A stretch of 32,000 bases of DNA, taken from NCBI RefSeq assembly GCF_900289195.1, contig NZ_OMOH01000001.1:90001-122000 (forward strand), given 5' to 3'. Both the position numbers and the translations under genes were made by a program. Numbering within the stretch: position 1 is the first letter of the stretch; each line of letters begins with the position of its first letter. The stretch is from Propionibacterium ruminifibrarum. GTDB lineage: Bacteria > Actinomycetota > Actinomycetes > Propionibacteriales > Propionibacteriaceae. The notes beneath the pieces were generated by a model. It did no database searches, was not told where the DNA came from, and was given only the letters and a program-made list of their open reading frames with translations. Shown piece after piece: positions 19,750 to 29,052 of the stretch.

Positions 19750-20367
19750 ATGGGCGAGACGCGATCGGCCGCCCGCGGCACCACCCCAGAAACCCAGGGC
19801 GGCCGCATCGGCTCCTCGAAGCCGGGTGTCTTCGTCCTCTCCGGGCCCACCGCCGTGGGGAAGGGCACCGTCTGCAACAGGCTGAAGGTGCTCTACCCGG
19901 AGATCTTCGTATCCGTCTCGGCGACGACGCGGCCCCCGCGCCCCGGCGAGGGCAACGGCGTCGCCTACTGGTTCGTCACCGATGACGAGTTCGACCGGAT
20001 GATCGCCGACGACGGGCTCCTCGAGTGGGCCGTCGTCCACGGGATGCACCGCTACGGCACGCCCCGGCGCCCGGTCGAGGAGGCCGTCGCGGCCGGAAAG
20101 ACCGTCATCCTCGAGATCGACCTGCAGGGCGCCCGCCAGGTGCGCACCACCTACCCGCAGGCCACCCACATCTTCCTCGCGCCCCCGAGCTGGGACGAAC
20201 TCGTGCGCCGCCTGCAGACCCGCGGCACGGAGACCAGTGAGCAGCAGGCGCGTCGACTGCAGACCGCCGCGCGCGAGCTCGAGGCCACCTCCGAGTTCGA
20301 CGAGATCATCGTCAACGGCGAACTCGATCCGACTGTGCACAAGCTGGTAGAGTTGATGCGATTGTGA
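19750..20367 (+). CDS. gmk: guanylate kinase
   Basis: The product has a P-loop (LSGPTAVGKGTV), TTRPPRPGE and the YWFV...F pattern. It starts 3 nt after the mihF stop. Confidence 0.93.
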   Translation: MGETRSAARGTTPETQGGRIGSSKPGVFVLSGPTAVGKGTVCNRLKVLYPEIFVSVSATTRPPRPGEGNGVAYWFVTDDEFDRMIADDGLLEWAVVHGMHRYGTPRRPVEEAVAAGKTVILEIDLQGARQVRTTYPQATHIFLAPPSWDELVRRLQTRGTETSEQQARRLQTAARELEATSEFDEIIVNGELDPTVHKLVELMRL

Positions 20368-20491
20368 GTTCTGGGCTCGCAATGGATTCCTTCTCGCGGG
20401 TCCCGCCCCACCCGGGCCGCGAGGCACAGGGGCGCACGAGCGCCCGTCACGACACAGACCTCCCCACGAGGGATGAGACGAGGATTGCATT

Positions 20492-20857
20492 TTGACCAGC
20501 ATGACGCCTGAGGGCTCGATCGGACCGTCCGTTGACGACCTGCTTGAGCACGTCGACTCGAAGTACCGTCTCGTGCTCGTCGCCGCAAAGCGCGCGCGTC
20601 AGATCAACGCCTACTACTCCCAGCTCGGTGAGGGCCTGCTCGAGAACGTCGGGCCGCTCGTCGACACCGGCCCTCAGGAGAAACCGCTGTCCATCGCCAT
20701 GCGCGAGATCGACGCCGGTGTCCTCGAGTACACGGAGATCGACCCGGCGGCCGAGGCGGCGGCCCGTGCCGAGGCGGCCAAGGACCCGGAGTTCGACTTC
20801 GGCGATCCGCTGGCCGACCTCGACGCCCTGACCGACCCGGGGATCGACCTGGCCTGA
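20492..20857 (+). CDS. rpoZ: DNA-directed RNA polymerase subunit omega
   Basis: [22 protein letters not shown] is the omega signature. TTG 20492 has AGGA 7 nt upstream. ATG 20501 is the alternative start. Confidence 0.9.
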   Translation: MTSMTPEGSIGPSVDDLLEHVDSKYRLVLVAAKRARQINAYYSQLGEGLLENVGPLVDTGPQEKPLSIAMREIDAGVLEYTEIDPAAEAAARAEAAKDPEFDFGDPLADLDALTDPGIDLA

Positions 20858-20972
20858 ACCAGTCGGCCGGGACGTTCAGCACCCGCTGCGTGACCGGCCC
20901 CCGACCCAGCGCCCGGACGGCTGCCGCGGCGCCGTGCCCGACTCTTCGTCGGGCGGAAAGCAGACAGCACCC

Positions 20973-22163
20973 ATGAGCAGGTTGTTCACCTCGGAGTCGG
21001 TCACCGAAGGCCACCCCGACAAGGTCGCCGACGCGATCGCCGATGCGGTCGTCGACGACATGATGACGCAGGACCCCACCTCGCACACCGCCATCGAGGT
21101 CCTCATCAGCAACGGCGTCGCCATCGTCGCGGGCGAGGCCACCACCGAGTCCTACGTCGACATCGCCAATGTGGCCCGCGCGCGCATGCTCGACATCGGC
21201 TACGACTCCTTCGACAAGGGCCTGGACGGCGCCACGTGCGGTGTCATGGTCGCCCTCAACAACCAGTCGCCCGACATCGCCGGAGGCGTCGCGAACTCCT
21301 GGGAGGTGCGCTCCGGCGCGGCCGTCGACGAGGCTGACCAGCAGGGCGCCGGCGACCAGGGGCTCATGTTCGGCTACGCCTGCACCGAGACGCCCGAACT
21401 GATGCCGATGCCGATCCACATGGCCCACCGCCTGTCCGAGCGGCTCTCGGCCGTCCGCCGCGACGGCGTCCTGGACCACCTCGGCCCGGACGGCAAGACC
21501 CAGGTCACCATCGACTACGACGGCATCACCCCAGCGGCCGTCACGAACATCGTCGTCTCGACCCAGCACGCCGAGGGGATCGACCTCGACTCGGTGCTGG
21601 CCCCCGAGATCCGCCGCGAGGTCATCGACCCCGTGCTCGCCGAGTACGAGGTCGCCTCCGACGCCGTGCAGGTGCTCGTCAACCCGTCGGGGCGCTTCGT
21701 CATCGGCGGCCCCCAGGGCGACGCCGGGGTCACCGGCCGCAAGATCATCGTCGACACCTATGGCGGGATGGCCCGTCACGGCGGCGGGGCCTTCAGCGGC
21801 AAGGATCCCTCCAAGGTGGACCGCTCGGCCGCCTACGCCCTGCGCTGGGTCGCCAAGAACATCGTCGCGGCGGGCCTGGCCGCACGCTGCGAGGTGCAGG
21901 TGAGCTACGCCATCGGACGCGCCCACCCGACCAGCCTCCACGTCGACTCCTTCGGAACCGGCGCCGTCCCGGACGCCCAGCTCGTCGAGGCCGTCCAGCA
22001 GGTCTTCGACCTGCGTCCCAGAGCGATCATCGGCACCCTCGACCTGCTGCGCCCGGTCTACTCGCGGTTCACCAACAACGGCCACTTCGGCCGCGAGATC
22101 CCCGAGGCGACCTGGGAGCGCACCGACCGGGCCGACGCCCTCGCCGCGGCCGTCCGCGGCTGA
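20973..22163 (+). CDS. metK: S-adenosylmethionine synthase
   Basis: [20 protein letters not shown] begins at ATG 20973. The product also has [12 protein letters not shown] and [19 protein letters not shown]. The track start at 20934 is an extension. Confidence 0.96.
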   Translation: MSRLFTSESVTEGHPDKVADAIADAVVDDMMTQDPTSHTAIEVLISNGVAIVAGEATTESYVDIANVARARMLDIGYDSFDKGLDGATCGVMVALNNQSPDIAGGVANSWEVRSGAAVDEADQQGAGDQGLMFGYACTETPELMPMPIHMAHRLSERLSAVRRDGVLDHLGPDGKTQVTIDYDGITPAAVTNIVVSTQHAEGIDLDSVLAPEIRREVIDPVLAEYEVASDAVQVLVNPSGRFVIGGPQGDAGVTGRKIIVDTYGGMARHGGGAFSGKDPSKVDRSAAYALRWVAKNIVAAGLAARCEVQVSYAIGRAHPTSLHVDSFGTGAVPDAQLVEAVQQVFDLRPRAIIGTLDLLRPVYSRFTNNGHFGREIPEATWERTDRADALAAAVRG

Positions 22164-22232
22164 TCGCCGGGCCTGCCGGCCGGCCTGCCCGGGCCGGTGA
22201 AAACGTCGGCTGCCCCTTCTAGGATCGGCACC

Positions 22233-24269
22233 ATGACGACCACCGACGCGCTCATCGCGGCACCGGCGTCAGCCCCGGATCCGGTGCCGTCGCGCCGCAT
22301 CGCGCGCGTCGCCCTCGACGTCCACCTGCCCCACCTCGACCGTTTCTTCGACTACTCGGTGCCCGAGGCCATGGCCGATGAGGCAGTGGTCGGCGCCCGC
22401 GTCAGGGCGCGTTTCGCCGGGCGCGCCGTCGACGGGTTCATCGTCGAGCTGCCCTGCGACTCCGAGGTCGACAAACTCACGCCCCTGTCGAAGGTGGTCT
22501 CCGCCGAACCCGTGCTTGACGCCCACCAGGTCAGGCTCATCCGGGCCGTCGCCGACCACTACGCCGGCACCTTCGCCGACGTCATGCGGCTGGCCGTGCC
22601 GCCCCGCCACGCGGCGACCGAGTCCGCCGAGCAGCACCCCTGGCCCCGGCCGGACCTGTCGAGCATCCCGGCCGGGGCGCTCGACCAGGCGCCCGGCGGC
22701 GACCGGTTCCTCACCGGCCTGCGCCAGGGCCGGCACCTGCGGGCGCACTGGCAGGTGCCGCCGCGGTTCGTCACCGACGGCTCGGGCGCCGTCGACTGGC
22801 GCCGTGGCTTCGTCCAGGCCTGCGCGGCCGCCCTCGAGGGCGGGCACAGCGCCCTCGTCCTCGTGCCCGACGTGCGCGACGTGCGGCGGGTGCGGGACGC
22901 CCTCACCGGAAGCCTCGGCGAGGGCTGCGTCGCCGAGCTGCACTCCGAGCTCGGCCCGGCCGCCCGCTACCGCAACTACCTGGCGGCCAGCCGGGGCGTG
23001 GCCCGGGTCCTCGTGGGTACGCGGGGCGCCGCCTACGCCCCCCTGCACGACCTGGGGCTCATCTGCCTGTGGGACGACGGCGACGATCTGCACGCCGAGC
23101 CCCGCGCCCCCTACCCGCACGCCCGCGACGTCGCCGCCCTGCGCGCCTCCATCCAGCCCTGCGCCCTGCTCCTGGCCTCCCACGCGCGGTCCAGCGAGGT
23201 CGAGCGCTGGGTCGAGTCCGGCTGGCTGGCCGCCCTCGCCTGCCCGCCGGGCCTCGTCCGGCACGGCTGCGCGCTGGTGCGGGTGGCCGCCGACTCCGAC
23301 GAGGCGCTGCGGCGGGACCCGCTGGCGAGCGCCGTGCGCGTCCCGAGACGCGCGTTCGAGACGATCAGGGCCGGCCTGGCCTCGGGCCCGGTCCTCGTCC
23401 AGGTGCCACGTTCGGGCTACCTGGAGGCGCTGTCCTGCGGGGACTGCCGAGCCCCGGTCAGGTGCCGTACCTGCAACGGCCCGGTACGGGCCGACCGCAT
23501 GCCCGACGGCGGCCGCAGACTCTCGTGCCGCTGGTGCGGGCGGGTCATGACGTCCTGGCAGTGCCCCCGGTGCGGCTCGTCCCGGCTGAGGGCCCCGATG
23601 GTGGGTTCGCGGCGCACCGCCGAGGAACTGGGCAGGGCGTTCCCGGGGGTCTTGCTCGTCGACAGCTCGGGCCAGACCCCGCGCGAGAGCGTCGGGGACA
23701 CGCCCGCCCTGGTCGTCGCCACCCCGGGCGCCGAACCGGTCGCGTCGGCCGGGTACGCCGCCGCCGTCCTGCTCGACGCCGCGCTGCTGCTGGACCGCGC
23801 CGACCTGCGGGCTGGCGAGGAGGCGCTGCGCCGCTGGCTCGCCGCCGTCGCCCTCGTCCGCCCGGCGTCCGAGGGCGGCTCGGTGTGCCTCGTCGGCCCG
23901 GCCTGGGACGCCTCGGTGCAGGCCCTCGTCAGGCTCGACCCGGCGGGCTTCGCCGCCCGCGAGCTGGCCCAGCGCGCCGAGGCCGGGTTCCCCCCGGCCG
24001 TCGCCCTGTGCGCCGTCGAGGGAGCCGAGGGCGTCGTCACCGGCTTCGCCCGGCTCGCCGACTGGCCGGAACAGGCCGAGGTTCTCGGCCGGGTCGAACT
24101 GCCGCCCGACGAGCCGGGAGCCGACCGGCTCTGGCGCCTGCTCGTGCGGGCCCCACGGGCGGCGGGCGGGGCGCTGGCCGGGGCCGCGAAGAAGGCCCTC
24201 GCGGTGCGCAGCGCGCGGAAGGAGCCCGGGGCGGTGCGGGTGCGCATCGACCCGGTCGAGCTGTCCTGA
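22233..24269 (+). CDS. priA: primosomal protein N' (PriA) homolog with degenerate helicase motifs
   Basis: The product has an N-terminal 3'-DNA-binding-domain-like region (VALDVHLPHLDRFFDY) and a Cys-rich zinc region (CGDCRAPVRCRTCNGPV...CRWCG...CPRCGS). It is collinear with E. coli PriA throughout. The start is uncertain between ATG 22233 and GTG 22197. Confidence 0.85.
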   Translation: MTTTDALIAAPASAPDPVPSRRIARVALDVHLPHLDRFFDYSVPEAMADEAVVGARVRARFAGRAVDGFIVELPCDSEVDKLTPLSKVVSAEPVLDAHQVRLIRAVADHYAGTFADVMRLAVPPRHAATESAEQHPWPRPDLSSIPAGALDQAPGGDRFLTGLRQGRHLRAHWQVPPRFVTDGSGAVDWRRGFVQACAAALEGGHSALVLVPDVRDVRRVRDALTGSLGEGCVAELHSELGPAARYRNYLAASRGVARVLVGTRGAAYAPLHDLGLICLWDDGDDLHAEPRAPYPHARDVAALRASIQPCALLLASHARSSEVERWVESGWLAALACPPGLVRHGCALVRVAADSDEALRRDPLASAVRVPRRAFETIRAGLASGPVLVQVPRSGYLEALSCGDCRAPVRCRTCNGPVRADRMPDGGRRLSCRWCGRVMTSWQCPRCGSSRLRAPMVGSRRTAEELGRAFPGVLLVDSSGQTPRESVGDTPALVVATPGAEPVASAGYAAAVLLDAALLLDRADLRAGEEALRRWLAAVALVRPASEGGSVCLVGPAWDASVQALVRLDPAGFAARELAQRAEAGFPPAVALCAVEGAEGVVTGFARLADWPEQAEVLGRVELPPDEPGADRLWRLLVRAPRAAGGALAGAAKKALAVRSARKEPGAVRVRIDPVELS

Positions 24270-24327
24270 GAGGCGAGCCGGTCCGCGGCAGTAGGCTGTG
24301 GCGGGCAGCAACGTGAAGGAGCACTCC

Positions 24328-25299
24328 ATGCGCATCGTCTTCGCCGGGACCCCCGAGGCGGCGGTCCCGAGCCTGCGGGCACTGGCCGGGTCCGGGCACG
24401 ACGTCGTGGCGGTCCTCACCCGGCCGGACGCGTCGGCCGGGCGGGGCAAGAGACTCACCCCGTCCCCGGTGGCCGTCGCGGCCCAGGAGCTGGGCATCGA
24501 GGTGCTCAAGCCCGCGCACCCGCGCGACGCGGAGTTCGTCGAGCGTCTCAGCCGGCTCGCGCCCGACGTCTGCGCGGTCGTCGCCTACGGCGCGCTCGTG
24601 CCCGAAAACGTCCTGGCGATCCCCGAACACGGCTGGGTGAACCTGCACTTCTCGCTGCTGCCCGCCTGGCGCGGCGCCGCCCCCGTCCAGCGGGCCCTCA
24701 TGAACGGTGACACCGTCACCGGGGTCACCACCTTCAGACTCGTCCCGGAACTCGACGCCGGCCCCGTCCACCGCCAACTGCGCGTGCCCGTCGCCGACGA
24801 CGAGACCGCCGGCGAACTGCTCGACCGGCTGGCCCGCATCGGCGCCGACGTGCTCGTCGACACCATGGCCGACATCGAGGCCGGGCTGCCCGCCGTCGAG
24901 CAGGACGACGAGGCCGTCACGCTGGCCCCCAAGGTCGAGGTCGGCGACGCCCGCCTGGACTGGTCCGCGCCGGCCGAGCAGCTGGTGCGGGTCATCCGGG
25001 GCACCAGCCCGCACCCCGGCGCCTGGACCCTGTTCGAGGGCCGCCGGTTCAAGGTGCTGGCGGCCCGCGTCGACGATCCGGCGGCCCCGGGCCCGCACCC
25101 CGGCGACCTCGGCCCGGGCCGGATCGAGGCCGACCCCCGGCACCTGTGGGCGGGCACCGGCGACGGCGTGCTCGAACTCGTCCGCGTCCAGGGCTTCGGC
25201 AAGAAGGCCATGAGCGGGGCGGACTGGGCCAGGGGCACCCGACCCGCCCCGGGTGCCCGCTTCGACGATGCGGCCGACGACGGGCAGGACCGGCGGTGA
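24328..25299 (+). CDS. fmt: methionyl-tRNA formyltransferase
   Basis: The product reads MRIVFAGTPEAAVPSL and NLHFSLLPAWRGAAPVQRA. GAAGGA lies 7 nt upstream of ATG 24328. Confidence 0.95.
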   Translation: MRIVFAGTPEAAVPSLRALAGSGHDVVAVLTRPDASAGRGKRLTPSPVAVAAQELGIEVLKPAHPRDAEFVERLSRLAPDVCAVVAYGALVPENVLAIPEHGWVNLHFSLLPAWRGAAPVQRALMNGDTVTGVTTFRLVPELDAGPVHRQLRVPVADDETAGELLDRLARIGADVLVDTMADIEAGLPAVEQDDEAVTLAPKVEVGDARLDWSAPAEQLVRVIRGTSPHPGAWTLFEGRRFKVLAARVDDPAAPGPHPGDLGPGRIEADPRHLWAGTGDGVLELVRVQGFGKKAMSGADWARGTRPAPGARFDDAADDGQDRR

Positions 25300-26732
25300 G
25301 CGGGCAGAACCGGCCCCGCCGCGAGGAGTTCCCGCGCAACCCCCCGCGGCCCTCCGCAGGCCGCGGGCAACGCCGCCCGAACCGGTCCCGCGGCGGCACC
25401 AGGCGTCCCCTCGACCGGCCGCGCCGCACCGCGCTGGAGGCGCTGCGCGACATCGACCGGTCCGGCGCCTACGCCAACCTGGCCTGCAGCCGTGTCCTGG
25501 CCGAGCAGCGGATCACCGGCCGCGACGCCGCCTTCGTCACCGAACTCGTCTTCGGCACCTGCCGCATGGCCGGCAGCTACGACGCCATCATCGAGCACGC
25601 CTCCGGCCGCAGGCTCGGCGACCTCGAACCCGACCTCGTCGACGTGCTGAGACTCGGCGCCCACCAGGGGCTGGCCATGCGCGTACCCGACCGGGCCGCC
25701 GTCGACACAAGCGTCGACCTCGCCGCCCACGTGGTGGGGGAGCGCGCCACCGGCATCACCAACGCCATCATGCGCCGCATCGTCGCCCGCCCCTTCGAGC
25801 AGTGGTGCACGCTCATCGCCGGCGACGACCCGGCCCGTGAGCGCGCGCTGCGCACCGGGCACCCGCAGTGGATCATTGACGCCTACGCCGAACTGCTCGG
25901 CCCCGACGAACTCGAACCCGCCCTGGCCGCCGACAACGAGGCCCCCGAACCGACGCTCGTCGTGCGACCCGGCCTGTGCGAGCGCGACGAACTGCTCGCC
26001 GCCGGCGCGACCCCCACCCGCTGGTCGCCCTGGGGCGCCCGCCGCGGCGGCGACCCGGCCGAGGTCGAGGCCGTGCGCTCCGGCCGCGCCGGCGTGCAGG
26101 ACGAGGGCAGCCAGCTCGTCTGCCTGGCGCTGAGCCGCGCCGAGCAGCTGAACGGGCCCCGCTGGCTCGACCTGTGCGCGGGCCCCGGCGGCAAGAGCGC
26201 CCTGCTGCGCGGCCTGGCCGCCGAACGAGGCGCCTTCCTCGTCGCGAACGAGGCCCAGCCGCACCGCGCCCGCCTCGTGAGCCTCGCCCTGCGCCGCTAC
26301 GACCGGCGCGGCCACCAGGTGATCGTCGCCGACGGCGGCGAACCGGCCTGGGACGAGGCCGGGTTCCAGATGGTCCTGGCCGACGTGCCCTGCTCCGGCC
26401 TGGGCGCCCTGCGCCGCCGTCCCGAGTCGCGGTGGCGCCGCCACCCGGACGACCTCGACGAACTCGTCCCGCTGCAGCAGGACCTGCTCGACGTCGCCCT
26501 CGGCTCGGTGTCCTCCGGCGGCCTGGTGGCCTACGTCACCTGCTCGCCGCACCGCGCCGAGACCGCAGACGTCGTCGCCGGCGTGCTCGACCGGGTCGAC
26601 CTGCTCGACGCCCCGGCCCTCATCCCCGAGGTGCCGAACGCCGCCGCGGCCACCGACCCGCGCTTCGTCCAGCTGTGGCCCCACCGGCACGGCACCGATG
26701 CGATGTTCCTGGCACTGCTGCGCAAGCGATGA
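25296..26732 (+). CDS. rsmB: 16S rRNA (cytosine967-C5)-methyltransferase RsmB/Sun, with a basic N-terminal tail
   Basis: GTG 25296 overlaps the fmt TGA (GTGA). The product has a NusB-like N-domain and a SAM methyltransferase core (DLCAGPGGKS, DVPCSGLGALRRRPE, YVTCSP). Confidence 0.88.
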   Translation: MSGQNRPRREEFPRNPPRPSAGRGQRRPNRSRGGTRRPLDRPRRTALEALRDIDRSGAYANLACSRVLAEQRITGRDAAFVTELVFGTCRMAGSYDAIIEHASGRRLGDLEPDLVDVLRLGAHQGLAMRVPDRAAVDTSVDLAAHVVGERATGITNAIMRRIVARPFEQWCTLIAGDDPARERALRTGHPQWIIDAYAELLGPDELEPALAADNEAPEPTLVVRPGLCERDELLAAGATPTRWSPWGARRGGDPAEVEAVRSGRAGVQDEGSQLVCLALSRAEQLNGPRWLDLCAGPGGKSALLRGLAAERGAFLVANEAQPHRARLVSLALRRYDRRGHQVIVADGGEPAWDEAGFQMVLADVPCSGLGALRRRPESRWRRHPDDLDELVPLQQDLLDVALGSVSSGGLVAYVTCSPHRAETADVVAGVLDRVDLLDAPALIPEVPNAAAATDPRFVQLWPHRHGTDAMFLALLRKR

Positions 26733-26766
26733 GCGGACCCCTTGGGCATAGACTTGCACCGTGACC

Positions 26767-27426
26767 ATGCGCATCACGCCCAGCGTGCTCAACGCCGACC
26801 TGTCCGACCTCGCCGGCACCCTCGAGAAGATCCCCAGCAGCGACGCCGTGCACGTCGACATCATGGACAACCACTTCGTGCCGAACATGACCTTCGGCCT
26901 GCCGGTCGTCGAGGCCCTGCGCCGGCGCACCACGCTGCCCATGGACATTCACCTCATGGTCGACAACCCCGACAGCTACGCGCCGCAGTTCGCCGAGATC
27001 GGCTGCGAGTCCGTCACCTTTCACGTCGAGGCCTCCGGCGCGCCGATCCGGCTGGCCCGCGAGCTGCGCCGGCTCGGCGCCCGCGCCTCCATGGCCCTCA
27101 AACCGGCCACCCCGATCGAGCCCTACGCCGACATGCTCGGCGAACTCGACCAGGTGCTGCTCATGACCGTCGAACCGGGCTTCGGCGGCCAGAAGTTCCT
27201 CGACCTCGTGCTGCCCAAGATCAGGCGCACCCGCCGGCTCGTCGCCGCCACCGGCCAGGACATCTGGATCCAGGTGGACGGCGGGGTCAGCGTCGAGACG
27301 ATCAGCCGCTGCGCCGAGGCCGGCGCCGACGTCTTCGTCGCCGGCACCGCCGTCTTCCGCGCCGACGACCCCGACCAGATGGTGCGCCAGCTGCGCGAGC
27401 AGGCCACCGCTGCCTGCTCCCACTGA
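26767..27426 (+). CDS. rpe: ribulose-phosphate 3-epimerase
   Basis: The product reads [35 protein letters not shown] and VDGGV. GTG 26761 is an alternative start. Confidence 0.95.
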   Translation: MRITPSVLNADLSDLAGTLEKIPSSDAVHVDIMDNHFVPNMTFGLPVVEALRRRTTLPMDIHLMVDNPDSYAPQFAEIGCESVTFHVEASGAPIRLARELRRLGARASMALKPATPIEPYADMLGELDQVLLMTVEPGFGGQKFLDLVLPKIRRTRRLVAATGQDIWIQVDGGVSVETISRCAEAGADVFVAGTAVFRADDPDQMVRQLREQATAACSH

Positions 27427-27490
27427 ATCCCGGCGTCCCGGCTGCGGCTACCACCAACGGGGTTGCGAACCGTTCTCAACCCGCCGGGAT
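27427..27490 (+). other. structured rpe-pepC spacer: perfect 9-bp closing stem ATCCCGGCG/CGCCGGGAT around an inner 5-bp hairpin
   Basis: The outer arms are at 27427-27435 and 27482-27490. The inner stem is AACGG (27456-27460) paired with CCGTT (27470-27474). The element starts 1 nt after the rpe stop and ends 11 nt before the proposed pepC GTG. Confidence 0.4.
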
Positions 27491-27501
27491 ATCCTGGTGC
27501 G

Positions 27502-28833
27502 GTGAGCACACCGAAAACAGCCATCGATCCCGACACCATCGCGGCGCTGACCGGGCGGTTCGCCGCCGACCCGGCGGCCCGCGTGGCCCAGAACGCCGTC
27601 GCCACCACCGACATCGACACGATCAGCCTCGACCGGTCGGTCGTCGCCTCGATCGACCCCAGCGTCTCGAACCGGGTGGACACCTGGCACGCCGCCAACC
27701 AGAAGAAGTCCGGCCGCTGCTGGCTGTTCAGCGGCCTCAACCTGCTGCGCAGCGGCGTCATCGACCGGCTCAACCTCGAACCGGACTTCGAGTTCAGCCA
27801 GGCGTACCTGCACTTCTGGGACAAGCTCGAGAAGGCCAACTGGTTCTGCACCTCGATGATCGAACTGGCCGGCCGCGATCTCGACGACCGCACCGTCCAC
27901 CAGCTGCTCGCCGACCCGATCGGCGACGGCGGCCAGTGGGACATGTTCGTCTCCCTCGTCACCAAGTACGGCGTCGTCCCCAAGTACGCGATGCCCGAGA
28001 CCTTCTCCAGCTCGAACACTCGCTCGATGAATGCCCAACTCGAGATGATCCTGCGCCGAGGCGCCCTCGTCATCCGCGAGGCCGTCGCCCGGGGCAGCGG
28101 CGAGCAGGCCCGCCTGGAGATCCTCGAGCAGGTCCACCGCGTGCTGTGCATCCACCTGGGCACCCCGCCGACCCGCTTCATCTGGCAGTACCGCGACAAG
28201 GACAAGAACTTCGTGCGCGGCGGCGAACTCACCCCGACCCGGTTCGCCGCCCAGGTGCTCGCCGTTGACGTCAACGACTACGTCTGCCTGGTCAACGACC
28301 CGCGCCCGAGCAGCGGCTACAACCGCATGCTCACCGTCGACCACCTCGGGAACGTCGTCGGCGGGCGCCCGGTGCGCTACCTCAACGTCGAGATCGACGT
28401 CATCAAGCGGCTCGCCGCCGAGATCATCCGCGACGGCCAGCCGGTCTGGTTCGGCTGCGACACGGTCCCGCAGTCCGACCGCGAGCGGGGCATCTGGGAC
28501 GCCCGGCTGCACGACTACGAGGCCGTCTACGGCATCGACATGTCGACAACGAAGGCCGAACGCATGGTGAGCGGCCAGTCCGCCATGACGCACGCCATGG
28601 TGCTCACCGGCGTCGACCTGCTCGACGGTGTCCCGCGCCGCTGGCGCGTCGAGAACTCGTGGGGCGACGAGGCGGCCGACAAGGGCTTCTGGACGATGAA
28701 TGACTCCTGGTTCGCCGAGTACGTCTACGAGGTCGCCGTGCCCCGCCGGCTGCTGCCGGCCGAGCTGGCGGCCGTCCTCGACACCGAGCCGGTCGTCCTG
28801 CCGCTGTGGGACCCGATGGGCGCCCTGGCCTGA
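27502..28833 (+). CDS. pepC: aminopeptidase C (bleomycin-hydrolase-type C1 cysteine peptidase)
   Basis: The catalytic Cys context is NQKKSGRCWLFSGLN, the His context is AMTHAMVLTG and the Asn context is VENSWG. The family-typical C-terminus WDPMGALA is present. The start is uncertain between GTG 27502 and the track start TTG 27463. Confidence 0.88.
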   Translation: MSTPKTAIDPDTIAALTGRFAADPAARVAQNAVATTDIDTISLDRSVVASIDPSVSNRVDTWHAANQKKSGRCWLFSGLNLLRSGVIDRLNLEPDFEFSQAYLHFWDKLEKANWFCTSMIELAGRDLDDRTVHQLLADPIGDGGQWDMFVSLVTKYGVVPKYAMPETFSSSNTRSMNAQLEMILRRGALVIREAVARGSGEQARLEILEQVHRVLCIHLGTPPTRFIWQYRDKDKNFVRGGELTPTRFAAQVLAVDVNDYVCLVNDPRPSSGYNRMLTVDHLGNVVGGRPVRYLNVEIDVIKRLAAEIIRDGQPVWFGCDTVPQSDRERGIWDARLHDYEAVYGIDMSTTKAERMVSGQSAMTHAMVLTGVDLLDGVPRRWRVENSWGDEAADKGFWTMNDSWFAEYVYEVAVPRRLLPAELAAVLDTEPVVLPLWDPMGALA

Positions 28834-28842
28834 CCGGGGCCC

Positions 28843-28892
28843 TCGATGACGCCGGGACCCGGAGCGCGCGCCCCGGGCTCAGGCGTCATCGA
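28843..28892 (+). terminator. long GC-rich hairpin 10 nt after the pepC stop (11-bp perfect outer arms plus a partly paired interior), no U-tract
   Basis: TCGATGACGCC (28843-28853) is the exact reverse complement of GGCGTCATCGA (28882-28892). The 28-nt interior is itself largely self-complementary. Confidence 0.4.
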
Positions 28893-29052
28893 ACCCGGCA
28901 GCCTCACGGACACGGGCCACGGTGGTCAGTTGGTGCGATCCGCCCCCGGTCCCGGGCGCCGCGGGGTTCCAGCCGGACGGCGGGCGCTGCTCCGTGTTCG
29001 CCCGTCGCCTTGTCGATGGTTCCGGGTGGTCCGGACCGGGCAGGACGGCCCC

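Noticed and set aside
20368-20491. Two GC-rich hairpins in the gmk-rpoZ spacer (CTCGCGG/CCGCGAG at 20393-20423 and GGGCGC-ACGA-GCGCCC at 20430-20445)
   Set aside because: Short GC stems of this kind are common by chance at this base composition. They have no distinguishing context beyond possibly acting as a gmk terminator.
22167-22192. GC-rich hairpin (CCGGGC...GCCCGG) just after the metK stop
   Set aside because: The stem is only 6 bp in nearly pure G/C sequence. The alternative priA start (GTG 22197) follows immediately. The evidence is too weak to call a terminator.
22269-26948. Minus-strand ORFs of 746 aa (22269-24509) and 787 aa (24585-26948)
   Set aside because: They are antisense to priA, fmt, rsmB and rpe. 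Their composition is low-complexity Arg/Ala/Gly/Pro with no motifs. They are GC-bias artefacts.
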